Notes: generated from the letters alone by a model not told the origin. 64,000 nt of DNA from Candidatus Eiseniibacteriota bacterium (GCA_963702435.1 CAVPCR010000001.1:1120001-1184000); one strand, 5' to 3'. Positions 9,793-21,125 are shown, counted from the first letter of the stretch. A program made the numbers and translations.

Positions 9793-10202
9793 GACAACCT
9801 CCTGCCGGCCCCAAGCCGGCGGATGTGACCGTGGGCCACCGGAGATCGCCACTCGCGATGTGCGCTTGCCGCCTCAGCTCCGGCGGCCGCAGGGCAGTGG
9901 GACACCGTGGATCGCGTCGGTGTTCACCGAGCAAGGACAATCCGCGGAGATCCCGCTCCATGGGCGGGATGGTGGAAGGCAGGAGGCAGGGGTGGAGAGC
10001 GCACGCGGATGCGGAGCATGGTGCGAGCCCGTGGTGTCGAGATCCATGATGCGAAGCCACCAACACCGATCGGACCGGACCAGCCGGGCTGACCAGCGTT
10101 GCGGGTGACGCGAGGGTGTCAGGAGCTGAGCGTGCTGGTCTTCTGGTTCTTTCTACTCCCTGTGCTTGCCTCGAAACTGGCGGACCCCAGGTGGCCCGCC
10201 GG

Positions 10203-13200
10203 CTAGGACGACACGGCCGCTTCGCCGCGGGCCGCGCGGCCCAGGAGCTTGAGCTTCGCCGCGCGATAGCGGAACGTGGACTCCGGAAGGCCGAGGAGCC
10301 GGGCCGCCTCGGGCACGTTGCCGCCCGCTACCGCCAGCGCCTGTCGCAGGATGCGTCGATCGAAGTCGCGCGCCGCGACCCGGTAGGGGCGCACAGTCGT
10401 CGGCTGTGGAGCGGCGGGCGCCAGCACCGGCGCGAGGCTCAGCCTGCCCTCCGCCGTGAGCCCGACCGCGAGCAGGAGCGCGCCACCGGCGCCGCCGAGC
10501 CGCAGCACGAGCTCGCCGAGCAATGTCTCCTCCGTGCTCTTCCCCTGCTCCACCACGTGGCGGATGAACGCCTCGGCAAGGTTCTCCCCGGCACTCGGAG
10601 ATGGAAAGCGCGATGCGATATCTCCGCGCAGCGCGCGCAACTCGGCGGCCACGTGGCGCGCGTCGGTCCGCGCGGCTGCCGCCTCGAGCTGAGAGAGATA
10701 GGCGCGCACGCCGGGTCGCCTCGGTGCTTCTCGTGACTCAACAGCGCGTGGATGGCGTCGACCAGAGCCTGCGCGAGGAAGGTGGCATCCGCGGTCTCGC
10801 GCGCCGCGGCCAGGGCCTGATCGAGCGCAGGCCGAGGATCGAGCCCGGAGCGCGCCTCCAGCATGCCGCGCGCGAGGTGGTACTCGGCGCGGAGCGCGGC
10901 GTCGGTGCTCTCGGCCGCCGCGCTGGCCTCCGCCACGCAGAACTCGGCCGCCGCCGGATCGCCGGCGTCGAGGTGCACGCGGGCCATCTCGACGATGGCC
11001 AGGGCCTCTCGCGCGGCAGCTCCACGCAGCTCCTGCCGGCACTCGTCAAGAGCCGAGAGGGCCGCAGCATAGCGGCCTTGCCAGCGCAGGAGGGTGGCCA
11101 GATTGCGCCGGCAGAGCCCGCGCATTCGCGGACGCGACTCTGCCAGCGCGGCACGCAGGAGCCGCTCCGCCTCGCGCCACTCGCCCTGCCAGAGGAGGAG
11201 CTCGCCCAGGTGCCCCCGGGCCGTGTGCGCTGCCGGGAGTGCGAACTCCTCCGCGATGGCGAGTGCTTGCTCGTAGTAGGTCCCGGCGGCGCCGAGACGG
11301 CCGCTGTGCCGCAGCAGGCGCCCGAGCCCGATGAGTATCGCAGGTAGACGGCCATGATCGCCGGTGCGCAGCCGGATCGCCCGGGCCTGGAGCAGCGCGG
11401 TCTCCGCCGGCGCGAGCTCTCCGAGGGCGAGCAGCACCTGGCCCCGGTTCGTGAGCTCCGAGGCGCGGAGTCCCTCGTGCGGGCAGCGCGCGAGGATGGA
11501 CCGCGCCCGGTCGAGAGCGCGCAGGGCGCGCCGCGGCAGGCCGAGTTGCTCGTGGATGTGTCCGAGATTGATCAGGGCGCGCGCGGCGAGCGGCAGGTCG
11601 GAGGCGCGGCGGGCGATCCGCGCGGCGCGGACGGCGCACAATGCGGCCTCCCGCCCCTTGCCCCCGACGATCTGCAAGGTGGCCATGCGATTGAGCGCCG
11701 CGGCCAGGACCACCGGCGGCCCCCCGGCCGCCTCCAGGGCCGCGAGATGCGGCGCCAGCCGCATCAGTCCGTCGCGCCAGTGGCTCGTGCAAAGGTCGTT
11801 GCCGGCCTCTTCGAGGTCGATCTGCACCAGCTCCGGCGTCAGCTCGGGGTGCGCGCACGCGAGCGCCCGGGCCGCGCCGTAGGCGCCGGCGGCCTCCTGG
11901 GTGAGGCGCCGTTCGCGGAACATGTGGGCGCGCAGGAGCAGCGTCTCCAGCCGCAGCCGCGGCGGAGCGCTCGGATCATCCTCCGGCGGAGCGATCGCAG
12001 CGAGCACGGCCCGCGATTCGGTGAGATCACCGATGCGGGTGGCGAGGCGGGCTGCCGCGAGCGCGATCGCCGCCCGGTCAACAGCGTGTGGGGCGAGACC
12101 TGCCGCGCGGTCGAGCGCCAGGCGGTAGTGCGCGAGGGCGGTATGCAGCGCCCCTGCGGCTTCTGCGCGCTCGGCGGCGGCCACGAGATCGCCGACCGCG
12201 GCCGCGACCTGACCGGTCGCCAGAAGGTGAGGGGCCCGCACCCCCGGCTCGACGCTCATGCCGGCGAGCGCGGCGAGGATGGCCTCGTGCCACGAGCGGC
12301 GGCGATCCTCGGTGAGCACATGCAGCAGCAAGGGGCCAAACGCGTCCGCCAGAAAGCGGAGATCCTGATCAGAGGCGCCGGACACCACGGCGTGCGGCAC
12401 CGTGAACGGGCCACCGATGATTCTCGCGGCGAGATCCCGCGGCAGCGGTCTGCCCCACACGGCCATGACTTCCACGAGCTCCCGCGCGCGCGGTTCGAGA
12501 TGATCGAGAAGGTCGCGGACCTCCGCCTCGATCGTGGTCGGCACCGGCGCGCCGGCCCGCTCGTCGTAGCGGATGCGGCCGCGCTCGCAAGTGAGTCGCC
12601 GGCTGTCGAGCCACGTGCAGAGAAGGACGCGCACCCGGAACGGGTTGCCGTCGGCCGCGGACTGGATCGCTCGGAAGAGCGGCTCGGGGTCGAGCGCCTC
12701 GGCGAGCAGCGGGGCCAGCATGCGCCGGAGGTCACGCTCGCCCAGGCGGTGGATCTCGATGACCTCAGCATCGGGAAGTTCCGACGGCATGAGGCCGGTG
12801 GTGAGGACAAGGACTGGTATGGAGCCGGCCTCGGTGGCGAGGTGCTTGAGAGCGGCGATCACGTCCGGAGAGAGATCTGCCGCATCGTCGGCCAGCACGA
12901 GCAAACGCTGCCCGCCCTGTTCGAGCCCGCGGAGGATCGCCACCGAAATCTGCGCGTAGGCAGGTACCGGCGCGCTCGGGTCCGGAGCCAGCGCGTCCTC
13001 GCCGAAACCGAGCTCACTCCCCACCACACGCATCAAGTCATCAAGCTCGCGCCCCTTGGCGCCGCCGCCCACTCGCACCGTCGTCCAGCCGCTCGCGGCG
13101 GCCTTCCGGGCGACCACCCCCAGGAGGCGCGATCGCCCGCTGCCTGCTTCGCCCACGATGTCGCCCGCGTGCGCTCTCCCGGCGGCTGCCGCCGTGAGCA

Positions 13201-14104
13201 GCGAATCGGTCGCGCTGATCGCCTGCCCCCGCCCGACGAGGAGCGGCGAGAGAAGGTGCTCGATCGCCGGCCGGCGCTCCGGCAGCACCCACGATGGCTC
13301 GCGAAGCCAGGCGGCCAGCGCGCGACCATCGGCCGGACGCCCGTTCGGATCAGTCGCCACCAGACGCGCCAGGAGCTCGCGCAACTCCGGCGCGATGACG
13401 ACCGCGTCAGGCGCCGACGCCGCACCGCGCCGGCGGCGGGGAGCCGCCAATGCTCCTTCCACCGCTTCGAGCAACACGACCCCGAGGCTGTAGAGATCGC
13501 TGGCCGGCGTCGGCTTGCCCCCGGTGCGCACCTCCGGGGCGAGGTATCGGCGGTAGGGCGCCGCGGACTTGGCCGGCATGAGGAGATGCGTTCCCGCCTC
13601 AACGAGCCACACTCCGGCCAGCTGCCCCTTCCTCACGTCAACCTGCAGGTGCTCCGGAATGATGAACCCATGGACCAGTCCGGCGACGTGAAGCTCACCG
13701 AGCACACTGGCAAAACTGCTCAAGCACTGGAAGAGCGCGTGCTCGTCGCCGAGATCGACGCCGCCGGCGCCGAACTGGCCGAGTCCCGCCGGGCCGTGGC
13801 GCATCGACTCGAGTGCGGTGAGCTCGCGGGAGTAGAAGAAGGTCTCGTCCGTGCCCCCGAGATCGAGGACCTGAGCGAGATGCGGATGCTCGACCTGTCG
13901 CAGGTCCAGAAAGACATCGCGAAACGCCGCGAGAGCCTCCGGCGACACCGCCGAGCGAGGAAGCGCCCATAGCTCGACGTCCTCTCCGCGCAGTCGATCG
14001 CGGGTGAGAAGGAGCTGTCCGACCGGTGTGCGCGCGAGGACTGCGGGCGTGCCGTATCGGGGATGCCCTGCAACGAGGGTCGGCGGCTCGTGAGATGCGA
14101 TCAT
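10203..14104 (-). CDS. Multidomain regulator: degenerate Ser/Thr kinase + P-loop ATPase + TPR + Fis-type HTH; one frameshift near 10710
   Basis: ORF 14104->~10710 has kinase remnants (HPHLAQVLD, HGFIIPEHL, YLAPE, SDLYSLG), LVGR, GEAGSGRS, GNPF and TPRs. The alternative frame continues VRAYLSQLE...DFDRRILRQALAVAGGNVPEAARLLGLPESTFRYR (HTH_8). Confidence 0.75.
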
Positions 14105-14476
14105 CCCGAGTTCCCTCCGCTGGAGCCGTCTTGAAGACTGGCCGGGGGCTCACCTGGCTGGGTGCCCGCCCCTCTCGAGGACCTCGAAGACAGTACGGCC
14201 AGGGTTCGCCAGAAGTCTACGCGGACCGGCCTGCGGGCGCAAGGGCGGCGGCGGCTGACTCGAGGCCCCATGAAGCCTTATCCAGCAGCCTGGCAGTCCC
14301 CCTATTCGATCTACGACAACGAATTGCAAGAGGTCGCTGCGGATCGAGAGGCCTGACGCTCCATCCAGAGCCAGTGGCCCATCCGCCTGTCGCCCTTCGG
14401 TGCCGGCTTACCGCTCCCGGCTCAAGATTCTGTGCCCGGGTGACCTGCATCGCGCGGGGTCATTTGCCCCAGGACC

Positions 14477-14503
14477 TCAACCTCCGCTCGCTCCCGCCGA
14501 CAC
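14477..14503 (+). promoter_or_regulatory. Sigma-28 (FliA)-type promoter upstream of pseudo-pilB-pilT-pilU
   Basis: TCAA-N15-GCCGACAC, 28 nt before ATG 14532; matches the flgM promoter in this window. Confidence 0.65.
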
Positions 14504-14531
14504 TTGAGAGCTAGGAGGAGGAACCCGCCCC

Positions 14532-16133
14532 ATGGATCGCGCTGCCTCAGAGGAAATCACGCGAGCGGAGAGTTCAGTCACAGCCCCGGCGCGCCGCATC
14601 ACGGCCTTCCTGCTCGACGCCGGGGTCGTCACCCAGGAGCAGATCGCAGCCGGGCTCGAACGCCAGCGGCAAACCGGACTCCGCATCGGCGAAACCCTGG
14701 TCGAGATGGGGGTGGCCACCGAGGAGGACATCGGCTGGGCACTGGCCCGCCAGCTGGGCGTCGCGTTCGTCGACATTCGAAGCGACGCCATCGATCGTGA
14801 GCTCGTCGCCAGATTCCCGGCCAACATGCTCCAGCGGCTCGAAGCCGTCCCCCTCGTCAGCACCGGCGGGCGCATCTCGATCGCGATCTCGGACCCGACC
14901 GACAGCGACGCAATCGCCGAGATCGCCAGAGTGGCCCAGTGCCCGGTCGACGCCAGCGTGGCCACGGCGACTTCCATCCGTGGTGTGCTGGCCGAGCTGC
15001 TGGGCCCTCCGAGCATCCAGTCGACATCTCACGCCCTCCGCCCCGGCGCCGCCGCTGACCCTGCGATCTCGAATCGCTCCGCGGCGACATTCCTCGCCTT
15101 TCATCTCGAAGGAGCCGTGGAGGAAGGTGCGACCTCGCTCCACCTGGTCGCCGATGAAGAGAGCCTCCACATCAGCCGGCGCGTGATCGGCACGCTCGTC
15201 CAGGTGGCCACCGAGCGGGCCCGGATGCTCCAGCTCCTCCTCGATCGCCTGGAGATCCTCGGCTTCCCGGCGACGCGGGGCGGGGGACCGATGCTCCGCA
15301 CCGGCCAGGTCACCATCCCGCTTGGACACCGGTCGCTGCGCGTCGACGCATCGGTGCTGGCACACGAGCGCGGCCTGGCCGTCACGCTGCGGTGGCCGGA
15401 GGACGCGGTTCCCTACACGCTCGAGACTCTCGGGCTCGACGACCACCAGCTCGCGGCCATCCGCGACGCGCTCGCCCGGCGCGCCGGTCTTCTCCTGATC
15501 ACCGGCGGCAGAGGCTCGGGGGGATCGACCACTCTGTCATGCCTCTTGCGCGAAGCCACGGCGGCCGGGCGGTCTGCATATGCATTCACAGCGGCCGATC
15601 CCTGCCGGCCCGCCCCCCCCACCGGCTGCGTCCTGGTCAAGCTCCCGGCCGGATCGCTCCCCAATCTGTGGGAGGAGATCGTGATGAGCCACGATCCGGA
15701 TGTCGTCGTGCTTGACGATCTGCGCACGCGTGAACACACCCTGCTCGCAACTCTGCGCGCAGCCGCTTCGCATCTCGTGGTGGCGCGCATCGACTGGGAT
15801 GACTCCTTCGCCCTGCTCGAACACCTCGGGCAGGATCCGCGCCTTCGCTCCGCGTCAGGCGCGCCGCTGCTGCTTCTCATCAACCAGCGTCGGATGACGA
15901 TCGCCGCACGTCAGGCCTGCGGTCTGGAGACCTCGCCCCGGCCCTCCACCCGGGTCGAGTTCGAAGTGATCACCATCAACGACACGCTTCGTGAGGCCCT
16001 CCGCCGCGGCGTGCGCGAGGCCGGACTCCGCGCGGCCGCCCTCGCCCACCCGGGTGCAGGACTCGCCGGGCCGGCGGAGTCCCCCGCCGGCACCCACTCC
16101 GCAACGGCCACTGGTCCGACTGCAGAGCCGTAA
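14532..16133 (+). CDS. GspE/PilB-family protein with MshEN domain and degenerate ATPase motifs
   Basis: MshEN-like repeats (RITAFLLDAGVV...LERQ; RIGETLVEMGVA...LARQ); Walker A GGRGSGGSTT lacks Lys; Walker B VVLDDLR; Asp and His boxes eroded. Confidence 0.8.
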   Translation: MDRAASEEITRAESSVTAPARRITAFLLDAGVVTQEQIAAGLERQRQTGLRIGETLVEMGVATEEDIGWALARQLGVAFVDIRSDAIDRELVARFPANMLQRLEAVPLVSTGGRISIAISDPTDSDAIAEIARVAQCPVDASVATATSIRGVLAELLGPPSIQSTSHALRPGAAADPAISNRSAATFLAFHLEGAVEEGATSLHLVADEESLHISRRVIGTLVQVATERARMLQLLLDRLEILGFPATRGGGPMLRTGQVTIPLGHRSLRVDASVLAHERGLAVTLRWPEDAVPYTLETLGLDDHQLAAIRDALARRAGLLLITGGRGSGGSTTLSCLLREATAAGRSAYAFTAADPCRPAPPTGCVLVKLPAGSLPNLWEEIVMSHDPDVVVLDDLRTREHTLLATLRAAASHLVVARIDWDDSFALLEHLGQDPRLRSASGAPLLLLINQRRMTIAARQACGLETSPRPSTRVEFEVITINDTLREALRRGVREAGLRAAALAHPGAGLAGPAESPAGTHSATATGPTAEP

Positions 16134-16138
16134 TCACC

Positions 16139-17314
16139 ATGTCCATCGACTTGACTGCCATCCTCGCCTTCGCCAAGGAAAAGGGAGCTTCGGACATCCA
16201 CATTTGCCCGGAGTTGCCCCCGCTCCTGCGGCTGCACGGCAACATCCTCCGGCTCGACATGCCGGCTCTCTCCGCCGACCATACTCGCCAGATCATCTAT
16301 GACGTCCTCAACGACGAGCAGAAGAGGGTCTTCGAAGAACGCCATGAAGTCGACTTCGCCCTCGAGATCCCCAGCATCTCCCGGTTCCGCGCCAATGTGT
16401 TCTCCCAGCGTCGGGGAGTGCAGGCCGTGTTCCGCCTCATCCCTTCCCGAATCAAGACCCTGGAGGAGCTTGGAATGCCGCCGGTGCTCAAGGATCTGTC
16501 CAGCAAGGATAAGGGGCTGGTCGTGGTCACGGGGCCGACGGGATCGGGGAAGTCCACCACCTTGGCCGCGATGGTCGACTACATCAATCAGAACGAGCGA
16601 GGCCACATTTTGACCGTCGAGGATCCGATCGAGTTCGTGCACGAACCCAAGAAGTGCCTCGTCAGCCAGCGCGAGGTCGGCCCCAACACGCATTCCTTCG
16701 CCAATGCGCTGCGCGCCGCTCTCCGCGAGGATCCGGATGTGATCCTGGTCGGGGAACTTCGGGATCTGGAAACGACCCAGCTTGCGATCACCGCCGCCGA
16801 GACCGGGCACCTCGTGTTCGGGACCTTGCATACAAACTCCGCAGCGAAGACCGTGGACCGCATCATCGACATCTTCCCGGCCGGACAGCAGGCGCAGGTG
16901 CGCACCATGTTCTCCGAATCGATCGAGGGGGTGGTGGCGCAGACCTTGCTACCGGCGAAGGACGGCAACGGGCGAGTGGCCGCGCTCGAGGTTCTCGTGG
17001 GCGTACCCGCGCTACGCAACCTCATTCGCGAGGACAAGACCGCGCAGATTCTGTCGGTGATCCAGACCGGAGCGCAACACGGCATGATCAGCCTCGACCA
17101 GTCGCTGCGCGACCTCGTCATGCAGGGAAAGCTATCGCGGGAAGTGGCGATGCGGAAGTCATCCAGCCCGCGCCATTTCGAGGCTGCCAGCCCCGCACCG
17201 CCCGCGGGCGGTCGCGGCGACGGCGCCCGGCCCGGGGCCTCGCCGGCGGCGGCCGGGCCGGGGGCCGCGCCCGCCGGCGAGGCCGCTCAGAAACGCCTGG
17301 CCGGCGCCCGATAG
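16139..17314 (+). CDS. pilT: Type IV pilus retraction ATPase PilT
   Basis: GPTGSGKSTT, TVEDPIE, ALREDPDVILVGELRD, TGHLVFGTLHT, ALRNLIRE. Confidence 0.92.
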   Translation: MSIDLTAILAFAKEKGASDIHICPELPPLLRLHGNILRLDMPALSADHTRQIIYDVLNDEQKRVFEERHEVDFALEIPSISRFRANVFSQRRGVQAVFRLIPSRIKTLEELGMPPVLKDLSSKDKGLVVVTGPTGSGKSTTLAAMVDYINQNERGHILTVEDPIEFVHEPKKCLVSQREVGPNTHSFANALRAALREDPDVILVGELRDLETTQLAITAAETGHLVFGTLHTNSAAKTVDRIIDIFPAGQQAQVRTMFSESIEGVVAQTLLPAKDGNGRVAALEVLVGVPALRNLIREDKTAQILSVIQTGAQHGMISLDQSLRDLVMQGKLSREVAMRKSSSPRHFEAASPAPPAGGRGDGARPGASPAAAGPGAAPAGEAAQKRLAGAR

Positions 17315-17328
17315 TCGAGGAGTCACCC

Positions 17329-18519
17329 ATGCAGCTTGGCGAGTTGCTGGCCGGTCTCAAGCAGCGGCGGGGTTCCGACCTCTACCTGACCGCCGATGCG
17401 CCGCCGCTGTTCCGCATCGACGGCACCACCACGCCGGCCCTGGATCAAATCTTTGACGGGGCAGCCGTCGAGGCGCTCGTGCGCGCAGCGCTCTCGGAGC
17501 GGGAAGCACGCGAGTTCGACGCCACGCATGAGCTCAACACGGCCCGCCTCATCCCCGGAGTTGGACGCTTCCGCCTCAACGTGTTCCAACAGCGCGGCCA
17601 GATGGGTCTCGTGGCCCGCCTGATTCCGATCGACTTCCCCGGCGCCGATGAGCTCGGCCTGCCGCCGGTACTCAAGACCCTCGTCATGCAGAAGCGCGGC
17701 CTGATCCTGATCACCGGAGCGACCGGGTCGGGCAAGTCCACCACGCTCGCCGCTCTCCTCGACCACCGGAATCGCAACTCGAGGGGACACATCGTCACCA
17801 TCGAGGATCCGATCGAGTTCGTCCATGAACACCGCGGCTGCGTGGTCACCCAGCGGGAAGTCGGCGTCGACACCGATTCGTTTGCCAGCGGTCTCAAGAG
17901 CGCTCTGCGCCAGGCGCCGGATGTGATCCTCATCGGCGAGATGCGTGACGTCGATACAGTCGAAGCCTCGCTCCACTTCTGCGAGACCGGTCATCTCGTC
18001 CTCGGCACGCTCCACGCCAACAACGCGAATCAGGCCATCGAACGCTTCTTGAATTTCTTCCCGCTCGCGGCCCACAACCAGATTTGCGCCCAGCTCGCGC
18101 TCAACGTGCGCGGGATCATCTCCCAGCGCTTGTTGCCGCAGGCCACCGGCGAGGGGCGGGTAGCGGCCATCGAGGTCATGCTGAACACGCCACGGGTCGC
18201 CGACCTGATCGCCAAGGGTGAGATCGCGATGCTCAAGGAGGCCATCGCCGTCAACGCCCAGGACGGCTCGTGCTCGTTCGACCAGGCGCTCTACCGCCTC
18301 TACCGCGCCGGCGACATCACCGTTGAAGAAGCTCTCCGCAACGCCGACAGCGCCAACAACCTGCGGTTGCGCATCAAGATGGAGAATGCCGGCAGCGAGA
18401 CGACCGAGCCGGCCCGATTCAGCCTGCAGCAGGATGCGCCCGGAGAGCCCTGCGCGGCGCGGACTCCTGATCCCGCCCCCGCGGTTGGCCCGCCCGCGAG
18501 CGCGCGCCGCACCGCCTAG
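17329..18519 (+). CDS. pilU: PilT/PilU-family retraction ATPase (PilU-like)
   Basis: GAGGAG RBS; GSDLYLT, GATGSGKSTT, ALRQAPDVILIGEMRD, TLHANNANQAIER; no AIRNLIRE; directly after pilT. Confidence 0.82.
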   Translation: MQLGELLAGLKQRRGSDLYLTADAPPLFRIDGTTTPALDQIFDGAAVEALVRAALSEREAREFDATHELNTARLIPGVGRFRLNVFQQRGQMGLVARLIPIDFPGADELGLPPVLKTLVMQKRGLILITGATGSGKSTTLAALLDHRNRNSRGHIVTIEDPIEFVHEHRGCVVTQREVGVDTDSFASGLKSALRQAPDVILIGEMRDVDTVEASLHFCETGHLVLGTLHANNANQAIERFLNFFPLAAHNQICAQLALNVRGIISQRLLPQATGEGRVAAIEVMLNTPRVADLIAKGEIAMLKEAIAVNAQDGSCSFDQALYRLYRAGDITVEEALRNADSANNLRLRIKMENAGSETTEPARFSLQQDAPGEPCAARTPDPAPAVGPPASARRTA

Positions 18520-18604
18520 CCTTAGCTGAGCCAGCACTGGCAGCCGCCGCGCCGCCACCGGCGGCGCCCGCGGCGGCGCCTCCTCTGCGCCGCCATCCCA
18601 CAGT

Positions 18605-18620
18605 GGGTCCACCGGTTGCA
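18605..18620 (+). promoter_or_regulatory. Possible sigma-54 promoter for the HAD/methyltransferase/glycosyltransferase operon
   Basis: GGGTCCACCGGTTGCA gives GG-N10-GC with TTGCA; the -24 box is imperfect. Confidence 0.35.
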
Positions 18621-18731
18621 AGTGCCGCCGGCCCCTCACGGTGCCGGCCCGGGGCCGCACCGCGAACGGGGTTCATGTCCGCCGCGGTCCCGCCGATACC
18701 TCCGGGGAGGGACCTTTCCAGGAAGGAGAGC

Positions 18732-21125
18732 ATGGAGGATCTCAGACTCAGGGACATCGAGTCGCTCATCGACTCCGGACGGTACGACCTCCTCAGTGTC
18801 GACCTCTTCGACACGCTCCTGTGGCGCGCGGTCCCTGCTCCGCGTGACGTTTTCTATCTAGTCGGCAGCGAACTCCTGGAGCGGGGATGGGTGCATGACT
18901 CGTCGTCGCCGTCGAGCTTCGTCAAGGAGCGCGCCGGCGCCGAGACACGCGCCCGCCAACGCAAGCGCTCCGGCGAGGTCAACCTGGCGGAGATCTACGC
19001 CGAGTTCCCGCGCGGATACCTGCGCGGCACGACCCCGTCCGCGGTCGCCGCGCTCGAGTTCGAGATCGAGCGCCGAATCGTGCGCGTCGATGCCGGCATG
19101 CATGCGGTGGTGGAACGTGCTCGCCGCCGCGGCCTCGCGATCGCCTTCGTTTCGGACACCTACTTCACGACGCCCCAGATCGCCGCGCTCGCACCGGTCG
19201 GCGCCGACTACATCCTCCTCTCCAACGAGCAGAACCGCTCCAAGGCCCAGGGACTGCACCAGCTGCTTCTCAACACCTCGGGCATCGAGCCGGGGCGCGT
19301 CCTGCACGTCGGGAACGACTACCAGGCGGACATCGACGGTCCCGGCGTGCTCGGCATCGAGCGCTACTGGTATCGCCAGTGGCCGGAGTGCTATGCCGAG
19401 TTGCCGGGCCTGGAGCTGCCCGCCGTCCTGAGCCGGCGCGAAGCACTCCTGCGCTGCGGCGATGCCGGACTCACCGCGCTCAGGACCCGCGTGCTCCACA
19501 CCACCGCCGATCCCTACGAGCGCTGGGGAGCGGCGATCCTCGGCCCCATCGTCAGCGGATTCTGCGACTGGGTCGCCGCGAGATGCGGCGCGCTCGACAT
19601 CTCCCTGGCGCTTTGCCTCATGCGGGAGGGCCGCATCTTCAAGCGGGTGCTCGATCTGCAGAACAGCGGTCTCAAGACCGGCGAGTTCTATGTGTCCCGC
19701 TTCATCGCGCGCAAGGCGGCGATCTTCGACGGCACGGAGGCGGAGCTCGGCGCCTTCGTCTTGCGCCCCTCTCCGCAGGAGAAGAGCCGGATGCTCCAGC
19801 AGCTCGGGCTCGCGGCAGAAAACGTGGGCGGAGGCGATCCCGCGGCGCTCCTCGCGCCCCGGGATGCGATCGCTCTCATCAGGAGGATCTGCGCCGACCA
19901 GGGCCTCCGCCGCCGAGTGGTCGCCGCGAGCGCCGAGGCGCGGCAGAACCTGCTCGCCCACCTCGACACGCTGCTTCCCCATTGCGCGGCTGGATCGCGC
20001 ATCGCGCTGGTCGACCTGGGCTACAAGGGGACGATTCAGGAATGCCTCCAGCGCATCTTCGACCGCGAGCGCCCAGAGCTCAAGAGCCACGGTCTCTACC
20101 TCGTGACCGGCGGCGATGTATTCGAGACGCAGGCGACCGGCGCCCCCGCCGAGGGATGGTTGGCCGAGAACGGGCAGCCGATCGCGATGGCGCACACGTT
20201 CATGCGCTCGCCGGAGATCGTGGAACAGAGCCTGATGGCGCCGGTTGGAACCTGCATCGGCCACGCTCCCAGCGGAGAGCCGGTGCTCGATGCGCTGCAT
20301 GTGCCGGCCGACCAGCTCGCGCAGATCGCAGCGATCCAACGCGGGGTGCTCATCCATGCCGAGGCCTGGCGCCGGCACCGGGAGGACATGCCCCTCCCCG
20401 ACGCGGGCCAGCTCAGGGCGCTCTACCAGGCCATCTGCATCCGCGCGGTGGCGCGCCCGCTGCCGGTCGAGCTCGAGCTCTTCTCCGGCTGGCATCACGA
20501 CGAGAACTTCGGCGCGGCGACCGCCCGGGGGCTCTGTGAGATCGTGGGGGTAGCGGACTGGGAGCTCTCGCACATGTCCCCGCACCAGCTCGCCAGCCTG
20601 CCCGCGTCGCGCCTCTACTGGCCATGCGGCCTCGCCCATCGCCTGCACCCGGCGATGGGCGAGGCGGTGGCCAACATCTTCTTGCGCACGGCGGACCCGG
20701 CCGTGTTCGATGCCGCGCACGACACGCAGTATCTCGTGGCCTACTGGGATACGGGGGACGGCTTCAACCGCGAACAGGCCAGCATCCATCCCTACCGACT
20801 CAACAACCGGGGCCGCGTCTGGCAGCGCTTCAACCTGGGGCACAAGGGGACACCGGCCCGGCGCCTGGGCCTGAGCGTCGGCCTCCGCGATCAGGTGCTG
20901 AGTCTCGCCGGAGTGGCGGTGCACGGCCATGCGGATCACGGCCGCTCCTTCACCCGCCGCCTGCCCCACGAGATCGTCGAGAAGCTCGGGTACCGGCATC
21001 TGGGACGAAACCTCTACCAGGTGGACGCGGACGCACCGCTCCTCGTGGTCCCCCTCGAGGATGTCCCCGCGGACACGCGACAGGTCGACGTGGACATCTT
21101 CTTCGGACTGGTCATCGAGGGATAG
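18732..21125 (+). CDS. HAD-superfamily hydrolase of the type found in glycan-biosynthesis loci
   Basis: AAGGAG RBS; SVDLFDTLLWR (motif I), FVSDTY, LHVGNDYQADI, LMREG, VDLGYKGTIQ. Confidence 0.75.
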   Translation: MEDLRLRDIESLIDSGRYDLLSVDLFDTLLWRAVPAPRDVFYLVGSELLERGWVHDSSSPSSFVKERAGAETRARQRKRSGEVNLAEIYAEFPRGYLRGTTPSAVAALEFEIERRIVRVDAGMHAVVERARRRGLAIAFVSDTYFTTPQIAALAPVGADYILLSNEQNRSKAQGLHQLLLNTSGIEPGRVLHVGNDYQADIDGPGVLGIERYWYRQWPECYAELPGLELPAVLSRREALLRCGDAGLTALRTRVLHTTADPYERWGAAILGPIVSGFCDWVAARCGALDISLALCLMREGRIFKRVLDLQNSGLKTGEFYVSRFIARKAAIFDGTEAELGAFVLRPSPQEKSRMLQQLGLAAENVGGGDPAALLAPRDAIALIRRICADQGLRRRVVAASAEARQNLLAHLDTLLPHCAAGSRIALVDLGYKGTIQECLQRIFDRERPELKSHGLYLVTGGDVFETQATGAPAEGWLAENGQPIAMAHTFMRSPEIVEQSLMAPVGTCIGHAPSGEPVLDALHVPADQLAQIAAIQRGVLIHAEAWRRHREDMPLPDAGQLRALYQAICIRAVARPLPVELELFSGWHHDENFGAATARGLCEIVGVADWELSHMSPHQLASLPASRLYWPCGLAHRLHPAMGEAVANIFLRTADPAVFDAAHDTQYLVAYWDTGDGFNREQASIHPYRLNNRGRVWQRFNLGHKGTPARRLGLSVGLRDQVLSLAGVAVHGHADHGRSFTRRLPHEIVEKLGYRHLGRNLYQVDADAPLLVVPLEDVPADTRQVDVDIFFGLVIEG

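Noticed and set aside
10015..10031. Sigma-54 promoter upstream of the small secreted gene
   Set aside because: GG-N10-GC spacing is present on the minus strand, but both boxes match poorly; expected by chance at this GC content.
14270..14356. Small ORF MKPYPAAWQSPYSIYDNELQEVAADREA at the locus edge
   Set aside because: 28 codons, weak RBS and no recognisable motif; cannot be supported.
14105..14531. att site, tRNA or integrase at the motility locus boundaries
   Set aside because: No tRNA, recombinase or matching direct repeat with the 60323-60362 boundary was visible.
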